NCBI RefSeq assembly: GCF_009914755.1
Contig: NC_060934.1
Source of the DNA: the human T2T-CHM13v2.0 reference genome, Homo sapiens
DNA length: 64,000 nt
Reading direction: 5' to 3' (one strand)
Under the pieces are notes generated by a model that was not told the DNA's origin, searched no databases, and was given only the letters and a program-made list of their open reading frames with translations. Both the position numbers and the translations under genes were made by a program. Each line of letters begins with the position of its first letter. Position 1 is the first letter of the stretch. Below are positions 54,135 to 64,000 of the stretch, in pieces.

Positions 54135-55178
54135 AATATAATGCATTTTTACAATGATGTGTAATCTGGTTTCTGCCTCTATTTGAATTATATTGGTGGT
54201 ATATTTGGGCTGCCATGATAATAGTGCAAATTTTAACATTAATAATGGGCTCAGCCAATTTTCCAAAGCAAGACTTCCACTCTGTCGTTCAGGATCATTA
54301 CAGGTGTCCAACTACCATTACATGCTCTGCTAAAACCAACTTTGACACAAAAAACTTCAGGTTTAATAAACCAGGTTTACCAGTTCTAATTATCTGTTTT
54401 TCAATATGAAATTCTTTTTAGTAGATTTTTTAGTTTTTCCATCATTATACCTAGATACTAGTTTCTAAATCCAACAAAATGTATAAATCACATAAAACTC
54501 AAATGAAAAGGAATACAATCCTAAGGCTAGTACCACTACAAATATTCCCGTTTTCTTCTTCCCAGCTGTAAAGTCCGCCTGCTAAAAGAACCAGAGAGAA
54601 GAGACTTTTTTCACATTACATGCGTTATTTATTATTCTTTTTTATCACTGATGACTATTTGAATTATAGTTACACCACCTAAAATAGACTATTAAAATAT
54701 TTCTGGATGAGTCAAGGAACTTCTGTTTTATTATATTTTGTGAGTTGTGATGACCATTGTGTGCAGATAGGTCAACTATGAAAAAAAATTGATGTTCCAC
54801 CTCACCAGATATACCCCTACAACATATATATGTTCTTAATATATACTTGAAAGTTATGTTATTACCACAAACTATCTAGTGTGATTTAAATTTGCATATG
54901 AGATTGCATTATATGGAAAAAATAGTTAAGAAATAAGGTAGCATAAGTCCGTGCCTCAGTTTTGTTATTACTTGCTATATGGTCTTGGTCAAATCACTAA
55001 ATATAACTAAGCCTCAATATAATGAGGCTTATATGATTGTTAATTGTTAATTTTCCTTTCAATTTGAATTCCTATGTTGCTGCAATCTGGACACTTTATT
55101 ATAATTCTACTCCAATGAAGAATATTAATTATGATAGTATTAGACACATGCACACACACATGTTAATATTTACATTAA

Positions 55179-55316
<138 letters not shown>

Positions 55317-56293
55317 TAAAATCTACTTATGGTTTCCTATCTTCTCTGGAGTTTAAGTATGTATCTCTAATGACAACAGTACCTATATGTAATTATCACG
55401 TGAGAAAAAGTCTTCATGAATTTCCTCCTATAATTAGTTGAACTCTAGTATTATTCTCAATAGAAAATTAGCTTTAGGGCTCATTTATTTAAAAAGTTAT
55501 CCATAAAAGTCTAATGCTATAGTGACCTTAGAATATGCTTGCAGATGTATTTCAAATGCTGTTCAATTTGCTATTTATGGCTAATTAGGAAAGTTGCTTT
55601 GTATTTGCAAAAGCAGAATTGCTAGCTTATGAACATGATAACAAGATGAATATAACTGATAATGATTTCATCGGTTACCCATTCCCTCTCATATCGTTAT
55701 GTTATCAGGCAAATTGACAATGTTTCAGCCACTTTAGTTTTGTTATAAAGTTCAAAAATTATACTACTGCATTTTTAGTGGTGAAACAGTGACACACTTC
55801 TCCTTAATTTTTCGTGTTATACCCATAGAGGCAGAGAGCTTAACAGAGACATAAGGGGAAGAAACAGATAAAGAGAGCCCTGTAAAAACAACTCTCATCC
55901 AAAAGTGATTGTGTGTTATGATGGTTAATACTGTCAATTTGATTGGATTGAAGGATTCGAAGTATTGATCCTGGTGTGTCTGTGAGAGTGTTGCCAAAAG
56001 AGATTAACATTTGAGTCAGTGGCTGGGAAAGGCAGACACATCCTTAATCTGGGTGGGCACCATCTAATCAGCTGCCAGCATGGCTAGAATATAAAGCAGA
56101 CAGAAAAACGTGAAAAGACTAGACTGGCCTAGCCTCCCAGCCTACATCTTTCTCCTGTGCTGGATGCTTCCTGCCCTCGTGTGAGTTAATACTTAATAAA
56201 CTCCCATCTATATCATCTGTATCTATCTATATATCTATATCTATATCTTCTATTACTTCTTTCCCTCTAGAGAACCCTAACTGATACAGATTT

Positions 56294-56309
56294 TGGTACC
56301 AGGAGTGGT
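56294..56309 (+). promoter_or_regulatory. HERV-L primer-binding site (tRNA-Leu type)
   Basis: tggtaccaggagtggt, 5 nt after the end of the 5' LTR. Confidence 0.85.
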
Positions 56310-58254
56310 TCTAGAGGAACAGAATATTAAGGATGGAGTTCTTTTGTTGGTTTTGGGGTTTCTGGAGTTGGCTGCTTAATGTGATTAAACACAAAAATGT
56401 TAAGGACTCTACTTCTAATAGTGTGGAGAACACCGATAAAGAGCTGAAATTGTGGAAAAACATACACAAGCTCTTATCATGCAAGTGGCTGACCTGCAAT
56501 GAAAGGTGCATGCACAGCCTCGCCAGGTGTCTACTGTTAAAGTGAGGGCATTGATTGAAAAAGAATGGGACCCTGCAACTTGGAATGGGGATGTGTGGGA
56601 GGACCTGATGAAGCTGGAGACACTGAATTTGTAAACTCTGATGAATCTTTTTTACCAGAAGAAACAGCTTCCCCATCCCCAGTAGTGACAACATCCTTTC
56701 CCCAACCCATGCTGCCACAAGCCTTTGCATCTTTGTCTGAGGAGATAAACTCTGTGCTGCCTGAGGCAACAGTGATGGCCTTCCCTGAGGCAGTTGCCAG
56801 GCAAGATAATGTTTATTCTCCTCAGGAACCACCTCCAACATCCCTGTTTGCTTCTAGACCTATAACTAGACTAAAGTCCCAGCAGTCCCCTAGAAGTGAG
56901 GTTCAAAGTGTAACCCACATGGAAGTGCACTATACTCCAAGAAAACTGAGTTTTCTAATTTATATGAGCAGAAATTTGAAGAACTTGGAGTCCAATATGC
57001 AAGGGCAGGAAGCATCCAGCACAGGAAAAAGATGCCCTCCTTTTGAGAGACACCTCTTGTCCTATTACTGGGCTTTGGTAGAAACTGAACATTTGACTAT
57101 GGGTCATCAAGTCACCATGTGACCTGAACTGCCTATCATGAACTGGGTGCTTTCTGACCCATCTAGCCATAGAGTGGGGCATGCACAGCAGTATTCCATC
57201 ATCAAATGGAAGTGGTATGTACATGATTGGGCTTGAGCAGGTCCTGAAGGCACAAGCAAGTTACATGAGGAAGTGGCTCAAATGCCCGTGGTCCCCACTC
57301 CTGCCACCCTGCCTTCTCTCCCCAAGCCTGCACCAATGGCCTCATGGGGAGTTCCCTATGATCAGTGGACAGAGGAAGAGAAGAATAAGGCCTGGTTCCC
57401 AGATGGTTCTGCATGTTATGCAGGCACCACTCGAAAGTGGACAGCTGCAGCACTACAGCCCATTTCTAGGACATCCCTGAAACACAGCGGTGAAGGGAAA
57501 TCTTCTCAGTGGACAGAACTTCGAGTGGTGCACCTGGTTGTGCACTCTTCATGGAAGGAGAAATGGCCAGATGTGTGATTATATATTTGATTCGTGGGTT
57601 GGAGCCAATAGTTTGTCTGGATGGTCAGGGACTTGAAAGAAGCATGATTGAAAAATTGGTGACAAAGACATTTGGGGAAGAGGTATGTGGGTGGACCTCT
57701 CTGAATGGTCAAAAACTGTGAAGATATTTGTATCCCATGTGAGTGCTCACCAATGGGTGACCTCAGCAGAGGAGGATTTTAATAATCAAGTGGATAGGAT
57801 GACCCATTCTGTGGACACCACTCAGCCTCTTTCCCCAGCCACGCCTGTCATTGCCCAATGGGCCCATGAACAAAGTGGCCATGGTGGCAGGGATGGAGGT
57901 TATACATGGGCTCAGCAATGTGGACTTCCACTCACCAAGGCTGATCTGGCTATGGCCACTGCTGAGTGCCTAATTTGCCAGCAGCAGAGACTAACACTGA
58001 GCCCTCTATATGGCACCATTCCTCGGTACCTGGTGGCAGGTGGCAGGTTGATTATATGGGACCTTTTCCATCATGGGAAGGGCAGAGGTTTGTCCTCACT
58101 GGAATAGACACTTACTCCGGATATGGGTTTGCCTATCTTGCATGCAATGCTTCTGCCAAGACTACCATCCGTGGACTCACAGAATGCCTTATACACCATC
58201 ATGGCATTGTCTCTGACCAAGGCACTCAATTTACGGCTAAAGAAGTGCGGCAGT

Positions 58255-58500
58255 AGCGTGTTCTCACTCATAGATGGGAGTTGAACAATGAGAACACATG
58301 GACACCGGGTGGGGAACATCACACACCAGGGCCTGTCTGGGGGTGGGGGGCTGGGGGAGGTATAGCGTTGGGAGAAATACCTAAGGTAAATGACGAGTTA
58401 ATGGGTGCAGCAAACCAGCATGGCACATGTATACCTATGTAACAAACCTGCACGTTGTGCACATGTACCTTGGAACTTAAAGTATAATAAAAATAAATAA
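58255..58500 (+). mobile_element. L1PA6/7-like 3' fragment heading a transduction
   Basis: L1PA 3'UTR with aaagtataataaaaataaataa tail. Confidence 0.9.
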
Positions 58501-58502
58501 CT

Positions 58503-59082
58503 AAAAACCATGTTTTAAAATGGCCCTGCAAAGCCATATTTTTTGTGGGAGAAATTTCTATCTATAGAGAATCTCCATTAATGCAGCCACGAAATCCCTT
58601 TCCAGGCATTTCCCAGATATAGGATAGATTAACTAAGTGCTTGCCATCTTTTAAGTCCTGAAAAGAGACATTTATCATCTATTCTCTCTAAAGGCTGCTA
58701 CCTGTGAGGCTTCATCTATGTAACAAAGACCTTGGCATCCACAATCCCCCTTGTCTTGACTAAAGCATTTCTTTCCACTGACTTCAAGTCTTTAGACAAA
58801 GCTTAACTCTTTCAACCAATTGCCAAAATCAGAAAATCTTTGAATCTACCTCCAACCTGGAAGCCCAAGCCCCTTTAAGATGCCCTGCCTTTTTTTATCT
58901 GAACCAAAGTATACCTTCCATGTATTGATTTATGTCTTTGCTTATAACTCCTGTCTCCCTAAAATGTATAAAACCAAACTGTAATTCAATTACCTTGTGC
59001 ATACTTTCTCAAGAACTCTTGAGACTGTTCCCTGGGCCATGGTCATTCATATTGGCTCAGAATAAATTTGTTTAAATAGTTT
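58503..59082 (+). mobile_element. ERV1/MER4-group LTR fragment, transduced
   Basis: aaaatgtataaaaccaaactg TATA region and ggctcagaataaa poly(A) signal typical of MER4-group LTRs; ends 16 nt after AATAAA. Confidence 0.75.
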
Positions 59083-59271
59083 AAAAAAGAAGAAGAAGGA
59101 GAAGGAGAAGGAGAAGAAGAAGAAGGAAGGAAGGAGAAGAAGAAGAAGAAGAAGAAGAAGAGGAAGAGGAAGAGGAAGAGGAAGAAGAAGAAGAAGAAGA
59201 AGAAGAAGAAGAAGAAGAAGAAGAAGAAGAAGAAGAAGAAGAAGAAGAAGAAGAAGAAGAAGAAGAAGAAG
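59083..59271 (+). repeat. (GAA)n-rich polypurine tract with 30 uninterrupted GAA at 59181-59270
   Basis: Counted directly. Confidence 0.97.
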
Positions 59272-60783
59272 AGCAGCAGTGGACTCATGCTCTTGGAATT
59301 CACTGGTCTTACCATGTTCCCCATCATCCTGAAGCAGCTGGAATGGCCTTTTGAAGTCACAATTACAATGCCAACTAGGTGACAATACTTTGCAGGGCTG
59401 GGACAAAATTCTCCAGAAGGCCATGTATTCTCTGAATCAGCATCCAATATATGTTACTGTTTCTCCCATAGCCAGGATTCACAGGTCCAGGAATCATGGG
59501 GTGGAAGTGGGAAGTGGCACCACTCACCATCACCCCTAGTGATCCACTAGCAAAACTTTTGTTTCTTGTTCCTGTGACATTACTTTCTGCTCACCTAGAG
59601 GTCTTAGTTCCAGAGGGAGGAACGCTGCCACCAGGAGACACAACAACAATTCAATTAAACTGGAAGTTAAGAGTGCCACATGGACACTTTGGGCTCCTCC
59701 TACCTTTAAATCAACAGGCTAAGAAGGGGGCTACATTGTTGACTTGGGTGATTGACCCGGACTATCAAGATGAATTCAGTCTACTACTCCACAGTGGAGA
59801 TCAGGAAGAGTATGCATGGAATACAGGAGATTCATTAGGGCATCTCTTAGTATTACCATGCCCTGTGATTAAGGTCAATGGGAAACTACAACAGCCCAAT
59901 CCAGGCAGGACTACAAATAGCACAGACCCTTCAGGAATGAAGGTTTGGGTCACTCCACCGGGAAAAAATTTCATAGCCTGCTGAGGTGCTTGCTGAAGGC
60001 AAAGGGAATACAGAATGCATAAGTAGAAGAAGGCAGTCACCAATGCCAGCTACAACAATGTGACCAGCTGCAGAAATGAGGACTGTAATTGTCATGAGTA
60101 TTTCCTCCTTCTTTTGTTAAAAACACATTTGTGCATGTATACACTTGTACTAAGAACATATCTTCATTTTATTTCCTTTTTCCTTTATCATGTGATGTAA
60201 GATTTATTGACTTCATATCAGCATTTAAGTATTGTTAACTTTAGGTAACAGTATTTGGGTTGGGGATTTGTGCGTTTCTGGTTATATGAAGGATAGTTGT
60301 ATCACGTTAGGCATAATTATGACTTTATTATTGCCTTTATTTGAAGATTATGTATGATCTCAGGAGATGTGTACGGGTTCAAATTGACAAGGGATGGACT
60401 TATGATGGTTAATACTGAGTGTTAACTTGATTGGAGTGAAGGATGCAAAGTATTGATTATGGGTGTGTCTGTGAGGGTGTTGCCAAAGGGGATTAACATT
60501 TGAGTCAGTAGACTGGAAAGGCAGACCCACCCTTAATCTGGGTGGGCACCATCTAATCAGCTGCCAGTGTGGCTAGAATATAAAGCAGGCAGAAAAACGT
60601 GAAAATACTAGACTGGCCTGGCCTCCCAGCCTACATCTTTATCCTGTGCTGGATGCTTCCTGCCCTCAAACATTGGACTCCAGGTTCTTCAGTTTTGGGA
60701 CTTGACTGGCTCTCCTTGTTCCTCAGCTTGCAGGAGCTGACCTATTGTGGGACCTTGTGATCATGTGAGTTAATACTTAATAA

Positions 60784-60816
60784 ATATATATATCCTATTA
60801 GTTCTTATATATATAA

Positions 60817-60868
<52 letters not shown>
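60784..60868. repeat. (TA)n tract in the 3' LTR with a local duplication of atatcctattagttctt
   Basis: Seen directly. Confidence 0.9.
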
Positions 60869-60870
<2 letters not shown>

Positions 60871-61692
60871 TATTAGTTCTTTCCCTCTAGAGAACCCTAA
60901 TACATGTGTATATACATCTGTGCCCACAGAGGAATAACATTAGAAGCTTCATGTTGCAGGAGAAGACTTCAGTAAAATAGAAAATAGTCCACCCAAATAG
61001 CTAAATAAAGAAACATGTACACAACAAGATTCCAAAAGGTAAACAAGAAATCCATATGGAGGTTTGCTATCTAAAAAGCCCAATTTTAGCAAAATATGAT
61101 AGACATGCAAAAAAGAAAAAAAAACAGGAAGATGTGTCCCATACATAGGAAAAAAGCAACAGAAACTTTTTATGAGGATGCCAAATGTTTGGTATAGCAG
61201 GGAGCAACTACAAAATAATTCTTATAAATATTTAAAAGAATTCGTAAAATCTATGCTTAAGCATGAAAGGAAGATATGATGAGAATGTCTCACCGAATAG
61301 AGAATATTAACAAAAAGATTAAAAGTATTTTGATTTACGATTGAACGTATTTATGGGATACAATGTGATGTTTTAGTGCATGTAAAAAGGAAATTCTAGC
61401 GTTGATAGTACAATAACTGAAGAAAAATTCACTAGAGGGGCTCAAGAGTAGTTTTAACAGAAGAAATAATCTGTAAATTTAAAGTAATAGGATTACTAGG
61501 AGGGAAAGAACAAAATAATTTAAAGAAATTATGGCTGAAATTTTGAAAAATGTTTGATGTAAAATACTAGTCCACCAATCTAAGCTCAATTAAATCTAAT
61601 TATATAAACACAATAAAATTCACAACCAGATCCAACATAGTAAAAACATTGAGAGACAAAGTGAAAACCTTGAAGTAGCAAGAGAACAACTA

Positions 61693-62879
61693 CAGTCATG
61701 TGTTGCCTAATGATGGAAATGTGTCCTGACAAATGCATTGTTGGGTGACTTCATCATCATGCAAAAATCATAGAGTATACTTACACAAACCTAGGTGGTA
61801 TAGCTTTCTACATATCTAGGCTATATTGTATAGCCTATTGCTCCTAGGCTACAGACTTGTACAGCATGTTACTGGACTGAATTTTGCAGGCAATGGTAAC
61901 ACAAGAGTAAGCAATTCTGTATCTAAACATAGAAAAGATACAGTAAAAATACCAGATAAAAGATAAAAAGTGGTACACCTGTGTAGAGCACTTACCATGA
62001 GTAGAGCTTGCAAGACTGAATGTTGCTCTGGGTGCATCAGTGAGTGAGCAGTGAGTGAATGCAAAGGTCTAGGACATTATTGTACACTACAGTAGACTTT
62101 ATAAAACACTGTATGTACACTTAGGCTACATGAAATTTATTTTTAAAAATCTTTCCTTAAAAATAACCTTAGCTTACTGTAACTTTTTAACTATAAACTT
62201 TTATTTTTTTAATTTTTGGACTCTTATAATAACATTTAACTTAAAACACACATTGTACAGTTGTACAAAAATATTTTCTTTTTCTATATCCTTATTCAAT
62301 AAGCTGCTTTCTATTTAATTTTTTTATTACCTTTAAAACATTTTTGTTAAAAACTGAGACACAAACATACACATTAGCCTAGACCTACACAGAATCAAGA
62401 TCATCAGTATCATCACTGTCTTCCACCTCCACGTCTTGCCCCAGTGGAAAGTCTTCAGGGAAAGTAACACACGTGAAGCTTTCATCTCCTATGATAACGA
62501 TGCCTTCTTCTGGAATACGTCCTGAGGGACCTGTCTGAGGCTGTTCTACAGTTAATGTTTTTTGTAAGTAGAAGTATGCATACTCAAATAAAAATAAAAA
62601 TGTATAGCAAATATATAAAACAGTAACATAGCTTTTTATTATTATCATCAAGTGTTATGTACTGTACATAATTCTATGTGCTATACTTTTATATATCTGG
62701 CAGCAGAGTAGGTTTGTTTACACCAGCATCATCACAGGTTTGTGAATAATTCATTACATTAAGATGTTACAATGGTTACAACATCACTACATGATAGAAA
62801 TTTCCAGCTCCTTTACAATCTTACGGAATCACCATCTTATATGTAGTCTAAACATCATGTTTGTATGGTTACATGAGTG
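61693..62879 (+). mobile_element. Tigger3b-like DNA transposon
   Basis: Termini cagtcatg...catgagtg with TA on both sides; ~1.19 kb; internal tacttacacaaacctag motif. Confidence 0.85.
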
Positions 62880-62946
62880 TAACCATACAAAAGTTAATTC
62901 TAGTAAGATTAATAGGTGACATAGCATCAGAAACTATGGAGGCCAA

Positions 62947-63222
62947 GGCCAGGTGCAGTGGCTCATGCTTGTAATCCCAGCACTTTGGGAGGCCAAGGTG
63001 GGGGTGGATCACTTGAGGTCAGTGGTTCAAGACCAGTCTGGCCAACCTGGTGAAGCCCTGTCTCTACTAAAATACAAAAATTAGCTGGGCATGGTGGTGC
63101 GGGCCTGTAATCCCAGTTACTCATGAGGCTGAGGCAGGAGAATCGCTTGAACCCGGGAGGTGGAGTTTGCAGTGAGCCAAGATGACAGAGAAAGACTCCA
63201 TCTTGGGGGAAAAAAAACCCAA
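62947..63222 (+). mobile_element. AluS with a right-arm deletion
   Basis: TSD aaa(c/t)tatggaggcca. Confidence 0.95.
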
Positions 63223-64000
63223 AAATTATGGAGGCCAGAAGGCAGTAGGATGGCATTTTCAAAGGGCTGCAAGAAAAAAATATCAACCAATAATTTTATG
63301 TTTGGCAAAATTATTTTTAAAAGTGAAACTCAAACAAAAAGAATCTGAAATAAATAAAAATTTACAGGATTAGTTGGTATCAGGCCGTGTTATTAAAAAA
63401 AACTTAAGAAAGTTCCTCAGGCTGAAAACAAGTTTCCTCACATCATAATTTTTTCAACAAAAGCATTAGTGAAATAATTCTATTACATAATATTATATAA
63501 ATGCATATTTTGTTCTTTTCTTCTCTTAATTGATTTAAAATGTAATTGTGTGGTACCATATATAGATATATAAATTTGATATGTAACTGTATTTTGGGGC
63601 CTATCACATAATAGATATGTAATAGGCATGCAATATATTTGACAATAGCAGCACAAAGGAAATGGCTGGGAGCAATAGTATGCTGGAGTAAGAAAATGAC
63701 AATAGATGGTAACTCAAATCCACAGGAAATAATAAAAAGAACCAGAAACTATAAACAAGAATGTTCATATAACAAACATTATAAATATGTACTTGTTCTT
63801 CTTTCTTTTCTCAGTTCTTTAAAAGGCATAAAGTTATATAGAGAAATAATTATAACAATGGTTTTAATATTTATAGGTGTAACAACAGTACAAATGTCAG
63901 GAAGAGGGAATAGAAAATATAGCAGTAATCCTTGTATAGTTTACTGGAAATTAATTAGAATAAATCTGAAGTAGATTCTAAAAATGACTGTGATGATGGT

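Larger units (their letters stand above)
55917..60904 (+). mobile_element. HERV-L provirus with two MLT2A1-like LTRs (55917-56288, 60401-60904), internally deleted
   Basis: TSD tgtgt at 55912-55916 and 60905-60909; gag, RNase H and integrase remnants; dUTPase-like ORF 59496-59984 (GHFGLL...VIDPDY). Confidence 0.95.

Noticed and set aside
56294-56309. tRNA gene
   Set aside because: Only a primer-binding site complementary to a tRNA 3' end; no tRNA body.
59043-59447. Poly-Phe and poly-Leu ORFs
   Set aside because: Antisense translations of the GAA tract.
59496-59984. Functional dUTPase
   Set aside because: Normal HERV-L remnant with a frameshifted start and no evidence of expression in the sequence.

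Overview
Primate (probably human) genomic DNA made up mostly of interspersed repeats (L1, Alu, ERV-L/MaLR, Tigger). It is intronic sequence of a + strand gene with four small phase-1/phase-1 coding exons (9682-9789, 35711-35794, 45065-45148, 55213-55299). These splice in frame to ...[120 protein letters not shown]..., which I recognise from memory as the C-terminal repeat region of CCDC7 (formerly C10orf68). The last three exons are paralogous and sit in an ancient ~3.7-3.8 kb tandem exon-plus-intron unit that later gained different transposons in each copy. Other highlights: an L1 3'-transduction whose tail became a long (GAA)n tract, an inverted LTR patch at a HERV-L deletion junction, a tailless U2 snRNA retro-fragment, a scrambled L1MA, and a full-length but disrupted L1PA. 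I found no prokaryote-type system (CRISPR, operons) and no intact autonomous element. Repeat subfamily names come from recalled consensus sequences and are approximate.
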